DNA of 64,000 nucleotides from Antedon mediterranea. Taxonomy: Eukaryota; Animalia; Echinodermata. Made by a program: the position numbers and the translations under genes. This document shows positions 1-12,500 of the stretch, piece after piece. Where the stretch lies: NCBI RefSeq assembly GCF_964355755.1, contig NC_092678.1, positions 25,251,365 through 25,315,364 of the forward strand. The letters are read 5' to 3'. The notes below the pieces were generated by a model. That model made no database searches. It saw nothing but the letters and a program-made list of their open reading frames with translations, and was not told where the DNA came from. The number at the start of each line of letters is the position of its first letter. Position 1 is the stretch's first letter.

Positions 1-535
1 TTTATAAATACATTATTCATTTCAGAATTTTACGACAGTATAATAAGGAATGTTGTTATCTATCTTTCTACAGAGCCATGATTTTTTCACAATCATCCAT
101 TTTGCTACAAAATACAATGTTTTATGAAATCTGTGAAGGTGGCGCTGCAACACGTCCGTCATTTGGTAAACATTTTTGTTATACTACTACCAGGATTTGT
201 CTTATGACCAATTAGCACATACTTAAAACTCAAAAGAATGTTTAGTTTATCGTCCTGTATTTGGTGGGTTACTGTAGGTACTCACACTGTTAGTGTTAAA
301 ATAAGTGTAATGCTAACTTAAAGAATGTCTTCTAAAAGCTAGCATTTCTAAAGTTGGATCGTATATCTATAAACTTTGACATATACTTCATAAAATGGGA
401 CATTATTATAACTGTTATTATTATCATTAAGCTTTAAAATATGCTAACGGTTGTTAAGTTCAATAATTGTTTATCCCACTGCCTTGTAGCGATTTTTGAA
501 ATAATAAACATGTCTGGAGATTTGTTCTTTTGCAG

Positions 536-3500
536 CTACGATCGATTCCGCTGGTGTTATTTTACGAGACGATTTTGAAGCAGACCCGAACTCTGCCCTC
601 GATTATATTTGGTAGGTGTTTGTAGACAGTAGTCTTCCATTGCCCAGAGGTGATTTTACTTTTGGTTGACCCCTTATTCGTGTCACAGGGAAGAGACAAA
701 GTATTCTACTTTCCCCCAGGGTATGTCTCTAGCTTATAGATGTTGTTTTTCCACGGTTCAGATGCTGCATGTAATCTATATGTAAATTCATTTTAAAGAA
801 CTGCCTTTTAAAATCATTAGTCAATCAAAAGTAAACAATAGTTCATTCTCTTCTCTTTTCATGAAGTTTCAATGTATAGTCACATTGAACATTGATCAGC
901 TTTGTAAAGCTCTGTCTGTACACTATCAAACTAGTTTGACAAAAAAAGTGTGATGTGCCCAAATATGGTAGTGATATGGTTGAATATGGTAGTGATATGA
1001 CATCATCATGTCCATATATGGGCACATCACATTTTTTTTGTCACATAAAGTTTGATAGTGTGGACAGAGCTTAAAGGCAACCTAAATCTATCACTCATGT
1101 AGCAGTTGTTTGCAATATTATTGTTAAAGTGGCATACTTAAGCAGCGATAGACAACCCTGGTGAAACAAACTTTTTTATTTTTTAACAAAATTATTAATG
1201 TTATTTTTGATTTAACAAATGCTTGTGGAGACATCAACTATTAGATTGAAAAGAGAATTCTGAATTTTTTTACCAATAATGAAACACTTAGGTATGAAAC
1301 GTCACTATCTGTACTCGACAAACTGCACTTATAATGTGTCTGCTTATAATGTGTCTGCTAGAATGCTATGTAATTCATATCAAATGTTTCCATTTAGTAC
1401 ATCTAACACAATCTTGTTGAACTAGAACTTCTGACAGACTTTTTTCTGTGGTTTCCAGGCATGTATTGGAAATTGTATATAGAGGTTGATGACCTTCAAG
1501 AATTGCTTGAGGGTCCTCATCTCCCTGGAGTATAATACAATATGTCTATATCTGGCTCAAGTTTTAAAACTAGTTACAATGCTGACACAAAATAGGCAAT
1601 TGTGCATTGAAGTAATCTGTCTTAAAGATTGAAAATAATTTAAAAAGGAATTTTTTATCAAATTATTATTCAGTTGCAATGTCATAAAATCCATCAGTGA
1701 TATTCTGATTTATTTACTTCAATTTAAAGTCAACAACAATCAACAAAAAACATGTGACCCAGGTTTTAAACAACTATATAGAAAGCACATAATGTGACAA
1801 ACCAAACCAAACAGAAAATACAGGTAACTCTCCCAATACAGGTAACTCTCCCAATACAGGTAACTCTCCCAATACAGGTAACTCTCCCAATACAGGTAAC
1901 TCTCCCAATACAGGTAACTCTCCCAATACAGGTAACTCTCCCAATACAGGTAACTCTCCCAATACAGGTAACTCTCCCAATACAGGTAACTCTCCCAATA
2001 CAGGTAACTCTCCCAATACAGGTAACTCTCCCAATACAGGTAACTCTCCCAATACAGGTAACTCTCCCAATACAGGTAACTCTCCCAATACAGGTAACTC
2101 TCCCAATACAGGTAACTCTCCCAATACAGGTAACTCTCCCAATACAGGTAACTCTCCCAATACTGTACAGGTAACACTCCCAATACAGGTAACTCTCCCA
2201 ATACAGGTAACTCTCCCAATACAGGTAACTCTCCCAATACAGGTAACTCTCCCAATACAGGTAACTCTCCCAATACAGGTAACTCTCCCAATACCAGACA
2301 CCTTTGGACTGGCCATATATGTCTGGTTTTGAAGAAGAAATTCTGCTATTGGGAATGTGTTTCTAACAGTGAAAATAATTTTGTCTGGTTTTGGGAGAGT
2401 CTCCGGTTTTCATAGAGTCCGGTATTTGGAGAGTCCATTGTTGATATCAATGTTGCATTTATTAACAGGTCAGAGGTTAATGGTGGAGAGGTAGACGATA
2501 CATGTGGTACCATTATGCATGGTAAATCTATGGTGTTCTGTAAAGATCACGGGCCAAGAGAACTGAGTACTGTTCACTTGAACACCAGCACGGCATCTAC
2601 ACTACAGTTTGTCATTGGTGAGTATACTCAAAATACACACTGATTAACACCAGCACGGCATCTACACTACAGTTTGTCATTGGTGAGTATACTCAAAATA
2701 CACACTGATTCACTACAGTTTGCCATTGGTGAGTATACTCAAAATACACACTGATTATGTCATGAGCAAATGTACACCAGCACGGCATCTACACTACAGT
2801 TTGTCATTGGTGAGTTTACTCAAAATACACACTGATTATGTCATGAGCAAATGTACACCAGCACGGCATCTACACTACAGTTTGTCATTGGTGAGTTTAC
2901 TCAAAATACACACTGATTATGTCATGAGGAAATGTCCACCAGCACGGCATCTACACTACAGTTTGTCATTGGTGAGTATACTCAAAATACACACTGATTA
3001 TGTCATGAGGAAATGTCCCGCATGATCGCAATAGCATTCCTGTTCCCAAAAGTCATCCATTCTTAGAAGCACTGATGAAGAAAGTCTATCCGTGGTGACT
3101 AATAGAGTGTGATCCCGGGACATGACTATACTTCGGCTTTAGTTGATAGAACATTGAAATGTTTTGTTAGAGTATACAATGTTTAATTATATCAGTGTAA
3201 ATAGTTGGATGTAATGTATGTGTTAGTATAAAAATAATAATTTAACATTTTCCTCATGACGTTCCTAAAATAGAAGTTTCTTGATAAACAGTGGTTAATA
3301 TATGTCACTAGATTATAAATTACAGAGATCTGGAACCAAAATCCTCATTCCATCCGTTACACTCCATCCCCTTTTCAATTCAAATCTCTCCTGAAACTCA
3401 CCTATTTCAATAGTTATTCTTTTCATGTTGCGCTTTGAGACAATGTTCGATATTAATATTATAGTAGAATGCTCTGTCTCCAGATTGTTATGTTTTCATC

Positions 3501-6500
3501 ATTTTGACAAATTTAATTAATTTGCATATTCTTTTTTACAGGTGTTGGAACGTGTCGACCAGGTGTGAATGACTATAGCATTACAGTGTCTTACGCAATT
3601 AATGATCAGAGAGATTGGAGAATCATATCTAGAATACCGTAAGTTTTTAAAAATCAACTTAATTTTAAAGAATTTCTTTTTTTGACAGTCAACTTTCCTG
3701 AAACTAAAATTTGTCTAAAGAATAGAGTGCATAATATTGATGTGTTGTGGACAGAAGAACGTGTGCCCTTTATTGGCAGCACTCAACACGAAGGGTCATT
3801 GTGTCATTCACATCAATTCAGCCCAGTTAGGCTGCAAGTCACAGGTTATTCATTTCATTTCTTTATTCGAATTCAAAACAATATAACATTAACAGTATAG
3901 GAATGAATTCAGGGTAGCACAAAATAGTAACCAATTGTCAAACATATTTCCATTGTGGCATGAAATAGGTATATATAGAATATTGTTATATAAAATTATT
4001 AGACAATTACAATTAACTGTAACATATGTAATAAATAATGTTACAATATGTTACAGTGCTCAGAAACCTTCCAGCATACCTCTCTGAGGTGATTCCCCCA
4101 CATTTACACTTTTTTTATAGAGTACCTATAAATACAAGCGAGGCGATCATGCATATCATTCATCTGCCAAAGGAAGCGCGGCAAGACGACATCTGTCTTC
4201 GCTTCAACCAAGACCTAGCGATGGACGCTGTAACGTACGAAGGCTGCTGGGCTCTGGACAACGTCCTTGTGATTAATGCTGCTAACCCACCACGTCACCT
4301 CGAAGCGAACTTTGATCCGGTCAATCCAGATGATTGGTTGTTCTTACCAAATGGTGTGATTAAGGTAAATACTAGACGTACAATTATTTATGATTACTAT
4401 GTGTTTTATACACTAAACTTGCATGTTTTGTTTGTTGTATCTAGTACCCTAACAATTTGGTTGTCCACTCTTTGACTCCTGAAGGCTCCTGCTGATGCAG
4501 AGGAACTTGATAACTTGTTTATAAAATAAAGCTCTGTCTGCACTATCAAACTTCACTACCATATTTGGGCATCACAAACTAGACCTAGTTTGATAGTGTA
4601 GACATTCCCTTCTAGAGAGAGCCATAGCTAAAATCGCCTAGTTGTTTTTTTTAATATTCATTTATTGTGAATTTTCTTTTTGTAGAGTGAATGCAATTCC
4701 GAAGGGAATGCTTTGGTATTCCGTGGCATATCTGAGTCTCTAACTCAATCTGACGATCTGACTCAGTCTGGCTCTCTGACTCAGTTTGATGTTCTGACTC
4801 AATCTGTAACAACCAGAGATTTAAATCTGTATGTTGAAGGTACTGAGCCTATTCTGCAACAGAGTTTTGATTACAACTTTCCAGATGGGTAAGTTCTCTC
4901 ATTTTGATAACAAATATTACTACAGCTTGACTACTTAAACTGCTATCCTCTGCAAAATCTTACACCAGTGGCCAACATCACACATATTGTAAATTCTCTT
5001 CATAAAGTATTTCACTTAAATCAATAAATAATCAAGAATTTCCCTAGTGTTATTTTAAGTTAATCATTTCACTGTAGTATAAGTGTAAATGGAAGGCCAC
5101 CTGGCTCTTATGATCAAATACAGTAAATGTAAGTCAGTAAATGTGCATTACATAAAAAAACCACAGTCCTAGGTTCAACTCCTGTCTGCTTTCATGATTT
5201 ATCATAGCTACTCCCAATTAAATTGTTGATATAGCATAATTATATGTTATACAGTAAATCCAGTAGGCAAATAATGACAAATGCTGTTTTATATAATATG
5301 TTATGTTGCCCTATACAAGCACTTCAACCACTCCTGGTTTGTTCTCAACCCGTTGTAGGTGGGTAGTGACTGGTGCTGAGATTAGCAATGTGTGTGGTAG
5401 AGTGTATGGAGCTAAGGCTGCAGTGTTTAATGGTCCAGTTAATAGATCACTCTGTACACCATTCATGAATGCAACAGAGGTTGGCAACTTTAGATTCTAT
5501 TTTACTTTAGGTAAGTGACGTTCCTGTACTTACAGTACTTACTTAATTACGTACTTATTTACTTACTTACAGTACTTACTTACTTACTTACAGTACTTAC
5601 TTAATTACTTACTTATTTACTTGCTTACTAAGAGTACGTACGCACTTACTTACTTACGTACGTCAGTGATATACTTACTAATACTTATTTTAGTGATATA
5701 CTTACTAATACTTACTTTAGTGATATACTTACTTACTAATACTTATGTTAGTGATATACTTACTTACTAATACTTACTTACTTTAGTGATATACTTACTT
5801 ACTTTAGTTATATACTGACTTACTTATGTTAGAGATATACTTACTAATACTTACTTACTTAATAGTGATATACTTACTTACTTTAGTTATATACTGACTT
5901 ACTAATACTTATGTTAGAGATATACTTACTAATACTTACTTTAGTGATATACTTACTAATACTTATTTTAGTGATATACTTACTAATACTTACTTTAGTG
6001 ATATACTTACTTACTTTAGTTATATACTGACTTACTAATACTTATGTTAGAGATATACTTACTAATACTTACTTACTTTAGTGATATACTTACTTACTTT
6101 AGTGATATACTTACTTACTTTAGTGATATACTTACTTACTTTAGTTATATACTGACTTACTAATACTTATGTTAGAGATATACTTACTAATACTTACTTA
6201 CTTTAGTGATATACTTACTTACTTTAGTTATATACTTACTTGCTTACTAATACTTACTTTAATGATATACTGACGCAGGACTATAAAGTTCTGTACATCT
6301 GATCCAATTGGTCCAATCCTGTGTTTTGTATTCTTGACTTGTGATCATAAATTACTGGTAGATTCAACCAGAATTTATTGCACAACAAGTAAACAAACCA
6401 ATCATGTGTTTCTTTCTTAACTTTGATGAATTCTTATATTGAGCTAGTGATTCTGGTCATAATCAAGAATTCCCTTCCTCATATACCATAGGTGGTGGTT

Positions 6501-9500
6501 CATGCGATCCTGCAGACTCCTCTGACGTTAGTGTGTCTGTGTTTGCTGATGTCTCTGGTCAGGTTACTTCTTCTGTGGAACTTTCTAGATTAGCTCATAA
6601 TACTTACAAGGCAAGTTCACTCTCATTATTAAAATTGTAGATTTAGGAAAACTTAAAAGTACAGTGTTGTGTATAGCTCTGTCCACACTATCAAACTTGA
6701 TGTGATGTGCCCATATATGGACATGATGATGGTATATCACGACCAATATTTTGGCACATCACACCTTTTTTGTCAAACTAGTTTGATAGTGTAGACAGAG
6801 CTTTATGATTGCCATGTGTTAATCCTTTATTTATATGTACTGAATATTGAAATACTTTATTGGTTCATTATCATAATCAATCAATTAATCAATCAATAAT
6901 AATTTATTTCTCAAATAAAAACAAAATACAGTTAACATTTTCTAAAATAATAATAAAAAATGAGAAAATGGGTACCCCACTGGAAGCTAAGCTTTAAAAT
7001 TGTGGGGTCCGGGCAACATATTTAAGTAAGGTAAGGAACATGATAATGAACAAAAAAGGCATTTAACCTAAACGAATGCAGTTATAATTTAACTTAAGAC
7101 AGATATATTATTAACTTAAACAATAATATTAGAAACAAGGTATTCATGTAATTTAGACTTAAAACGATCAGATATAAAATTAATAATTTTGAGTTATTCT
7201 GGTAAAGTATTCCATATTTTGGGTCCTGGAAAATAATATCATGCAATAGAAATTCTTCTTAAAGATTGGCAAATATTAGTACGATAAAAAACAGATAGAT
7301 ATATAAGATATAAAAAAAAATTATTATATAGAATACACACACATTATTGCACAAAACTTAAGTTTATAATGCGGTGACAATTTGGAATTCATAAAACGCT
7401 TAAAAAGTTAAACATTAATACAAAATTGTTTAAAAATGTTCAATTACATAGTTCTAACTACAATACAGTTTAACCTGACCTTTATTTTCAGGTCCCTAAA
7501 TTAATATCGGTCGTAGTACCTCCCAGCGTCCGAACAACATCAACACGTTTTTGTATTGCGCAACAACATCATGAGGGCATAAACAGAAACGTCTGGGCTG
7601 TTGACAACATTCATCTGCTGCCAACTGAGCCAAGCAAGGTTACCCATTTGCTTCAATTTAACGTGCACGCAGGCTGTGGAGAGCTGCATGATCCCAGTGA
7701 AATACATGTTGAGTTCTCCACTAACCATGGGTTAAGCTGGTCTTATGTTCGGGCAGACTGTCTACCTGGTCGTTGTTATACAGAACCATCGCCAGATCGC
7801 TCAGTTTTTGTCTCTAAGGATACGGAACAAACGTATGTACAGTTGTTTAAATTTTATGTTTTATATTATCTTATCAGTAAATCTGACAGGATGGTCATTT
7901 TCTTTTCTCTGTGTTAAGCTCTGTCTACACTATCAAATTTGGGTGACAAAAAGATATGATGTGTACGTATATGGACATGGTGATGTCATCACTACCATAA
8001 TTGGGAAAATCATTTATCAAACTAGTTTTGTAGTCTAGACAGAACTTTACTGTTCTTCTTTTTAGGTGGAAGCGAATCACATTACCATTGCCATATGCAG
8101 CATTAACCAGTTCAACCCGGTTCAGATGGAAGGAGGTGGCTGACAACCAAGGCTCCAATTGGGCTATTGATGATGGTAAGATTACTCACATCACTCAATA
8201 ATTGAAGTTTCCTTATAATAAACATATCTCAAAATAACTTGGCTCTCATAGAGAGAACACCTGGATTATAATCTGAAATATAATTTTGATAAATTTTGCC
8301 AAATTTGTTTTTTTATAACTTCTAAATATTGTCTATACCCTTTTATTGTTCATGTATTTTAAACTGTATTAAAATGTTCTGATTTTTATTTTTATATAAA
8401 TTAGACCAATAAAAGAAGAATTGAATTGAATCACTCATATGAATTCCAGTTATAGTTCCAAGCTGTGCCCTTCATTTTTCTACTATTGTCATTTTCTTTC
8501 CCCATAATTTTGTTGCAGTATATATTGGTGCCACCTGTCCAAAGATGTGTTCTGGACATGGCAAGTGCAGCTCCACCGGTCAATGCCAATGTGACACCAA
8601 CTTTGCTGGCACAGACTGTAGTGCGCCACTAAACCGTAGACTGGACAGCCTAGAGCAGTACTTCAATAGTGTGTACAGAATGGGTGTTACTCGTTATTCT
8701 GGAGCTGTTGTAGGCTTTGAGTGTGGTTTGATAGGGAGTGGTAAGGCGTTGGTGTTCAACCAACATGGGCCTAGAGAGCTGGTTACTGTGGAGATGAACA
8801 GTACTGATGCACAGTGAGTATGCAAACTTGTTTTGAGTTCAACTTAATTTCTCTTTGAGTAAATGACAAAGAGGCCAAGTTAAACTGCACAGTCATTTTA
8901 AATACTAGTACTATACATTATTTGGATCATGTAGATCCACTGCATGATTTATTTGCAAACCAAAACATATTACAATCCAACATTTTTATTTGTTTTTTCA
9001 TAGAATTTTGTTTAGGTTACTGCAGGTTTTCTTGTTAGATCACAGTAGTTTACCACTAATAAGTGTCTTAAGAAGACACTTAAAATACAACTGAGTCTAC
9101 ACTTAGTCCTCTACAAATATTTATTTTAAGTTGTTTAATTTTCACTTAAATTCTTGGTTTGATATTCTAGCTACTTGAAGTTCACAGTACGTGTTGGATC
9201 ACATTCAACTGTTGGTACATGCAATCCCCCTGATCACCCAACAGAGGGTGTCCTACTACACTACTCGTGTAACAATGGCATTTCGTGGTCGTTCTTGAAG
9301 CATGTTTTGTACAATGAAAACAGGACCCCGAGGTACAGTAGTATATCAAAGCTTTTAAAATTATCTTTGAAAGCAGGAGGTCAAAGTTCATATATGATGG
9401 AATACCAATGTCTTAGGAGAATGTACTATTCTATTTATGTTACAGTTTTAAAAAAACACAACAGGTAAAGATGTAGCACATGTTTTACATATGGTCCTGT

Positions 9501-12500
9501 TTTTAGAAATAAAAGGTTAAAACATGTATAAAAACTAAACATATTAAAATAACTATTCTGTTTTACTTTTCCAGAATAGAGCTTCTACATTTACCCGACA
9601 GTGCCAAACACCTATTCTGTCGTTTCCGCTGGACACAACCGAGGCATTCTGGGCAAAATCTAGATGTGTGGGCCATCGATGACATCAGTATCACTTCCGT
9701 TTTACGCAACACGATCAACACAGATTTCAGTGATAATGAAAATGTGGCGAGTGCCCTTACGTTTCACCTTGGACAAGTTAAACCTGTGTGTGACCATGAT
9801 CAAGCACTAAGGTAACGGTTAAATCTTGGCATAAACTTTAAAGCTCTGTCTACACTATCACACATTTAACATGTGATGTGCCCATATGGACATGATGATG
9901 TCATCTTGTATTTGGGCACATCACTACCATATTTGGGCAAATCCCATTTTTGTCTACTAATTTGATAGTGTTTCCATGTCGTTGTCGTTTCCACTGGATA
10001 CCAAACAGTATCAATATGAGTCATTGATATGAAGATGAGAAAAACACTAATTCTGCATGTGGACATTAAACAGAAACTATATCAAATTTTTCTTTCAGTT
10101 TTAATGGATCTTCTGAGGCTGGTGGTTGGCGCTATGTTGAAACTCAGTCTATAGCAATTGGAGCCACGTATATGATCCAGTTTGAACTGGTTGTAGACTG
10201 CCATAAAAACCGACTTATTAAAAATGGTAAGACATGTCCATTTTGTCACGTTTTTAACTTTTGTGAAATTAAGAGTATACAACTTTATTTTCTTAAATCT
10301 ATCCTGTTTTTCAGAAAGGAAAATTTGTCTAGAATTTTCAACAAATCATGGATTAACCTGGCAATTAGTGACAACTGAATGTCTCCCTGGGCAACCAGGT
10401 TGTGATAACTACCACAGTGCTAGTTGCTATGACAACACTGCATTCAATGAATGGACTAGGGTTACCATTCCACTGCCACCTAATATGAGGTAATATCTTT
10501 GTTTATTTTTATATATTAATAAATTTTTTAATATTAATTTTTTTGCTTGTTTTTCCATTTTGCTTTATTTAAATTCTGTATTTAATTAATCATTGATTAA
10601 AAATCTGTTTTAGATCTCCTTCAACCCGTTTCCGTTGGCGACAGCAAGACTTTTTACAATTAGACACGTGGGCGATTGATAACATTTACATTGGTGAACA
10701 GTGCCCTCGCATGTGTAGCGGCCATGGGACATGTGACAGAGGTGTTTGTAGGTAAATAATGACGACCATATTCTATAAATTTAATCGAAATAATCTATTT
10801 TTTAAGTTATTCCGCAACATCTGATATTCCTAATTTAATGTGTATGATGATGGCTTCTTATTGTTAATTGTTGCAATGTATTTTCATTTTATTAAAGAGG
10901 GCCCTGAATACCAGTTAACCCACTGGGCTAAACTTGAAGGGCCTCTTTAAAGATGGTTGAAATAAAAACAAAATTTACCTTGAGTGTAGCCTATCGTGAC
11001 TATCAATAAACGTAAATGTTATCACCAATTTTAGGTGTGATGGTCTGTACAGTGGGCCATTTTGTACCCCAAGCCACCAGCTACAGGTGTCGTTTGATTA
11101 CAACTTTGAAGAGGAGGGCTCATTGAAATCAGATTGGTACATGATCAATGGAGGGGTTATATCAAATGGCCTGAATGGACCAAGTTGTGGCATCATAGCA
11201 TCTGGTCAATCTATATATTTCTCACAGGTATGTTTATTCTTTCAAGTTTCTGTTTAATTTAATTGCTGTCATATTCAGTAGAGGTGTGCATTATTTAGAG
11301 TGAGTGAGTGAGTGGTTAAGACAGTTGAACCAAAATTACATAACATTGGCAAAGATTCAAGGCTCACTCGCTCCATGGCTCTGGTGGTAGAACGAGTCTT
11401 CCCGGCTAATGACTATAAACCGTAGGTCCAGTGTACACATATAGCTCATTACCTAGTAAATCCTTTGAGAGAAGTAGGGGTTAACCCGGTATACTAGAAG
11501 TAGTACACACAGCCACTGTCACTTACTCACTCATACTGGGCACTGTGGGAGAACAGTAGTTTACTACTGAACAGGCTTCCCAAAATAATAAATAAATAAA
11601 TATTAAATTTTTCAAAAACTTTTCAGATTGGCGTTCGTCAGTTAGTGAGTCATGATATAAACACATTGTCAGTCGACTTTGTACAGTTCACTATCAAGCT
11701 AGGGGGCAGTACAACAAACTGTCACGGCGTTAATAGAAGAGAAGAGGGCGTCCTACTTCAGTATTCAAATAATGGGGGAATCAATTGGGAACTGTTGTTA
11801 GAGATTCATTATGAGGAATATAAAAATGCCAAGTAAGCACTGATATTTGTACAAATTTATTTTGGTCTTACTTTTTAAGCTCTGTCCACACTATCAAACT
11901 AGCTTGACAAAAAAGTGCCCAAATTTGGTGGTGATGTGCCCAAATATGGTAGTGATATGCCCAAATATGGTCGACATCATCATGTCCATATATGGACACA
12001 TCACATTTGTAAAATTTGATAGTGTGGACAGAGCTTTAGGTTCTCATGCAATAGTTAAAGAATTTGAATGTTCATTTTTATTATAAGTTGAATAATATCA
12101 TACTATTTATTTCCTCACCATACAAACGTAAATAATAGTGATAATATTAATTTGAGTGTAATTTAAGTTGAATAATTGATAACTGTAAATGTACTGTAGG
12201 CCACCAACCTTTTACATAAATACAGTATTAGTGATAATATTAATTGAAATGTATTTTACTGTACTGTAGGTTTGTTCACCAACCTTTACCTGATAAAGCC
12301 AAGACAGTCAGCAGCAGGTTCAGATGGTGGCAACCGGTGCATTCTGGAGCAGGTCAAGACCAGTGGGCACTAGATGATGTGTACATTGGCAATGACCAAG
12401 GAATTCAAAATAACCAGGTAACAGATCACTCGATATAGCATTCTAATTTCCTTATCTTTTGTCCTCTTTATTAGGTATACCTGCACTAGAACCCCTCCAT

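Noticed and set aside
1740-2316. Long repetitive ORFs (GELPVL / WESYLY / IQVTLP)n
   Set aside because: By-products of an 18-bp stop-free minisatellite inside a Reelin intron; open in several frames, with no gene structure.
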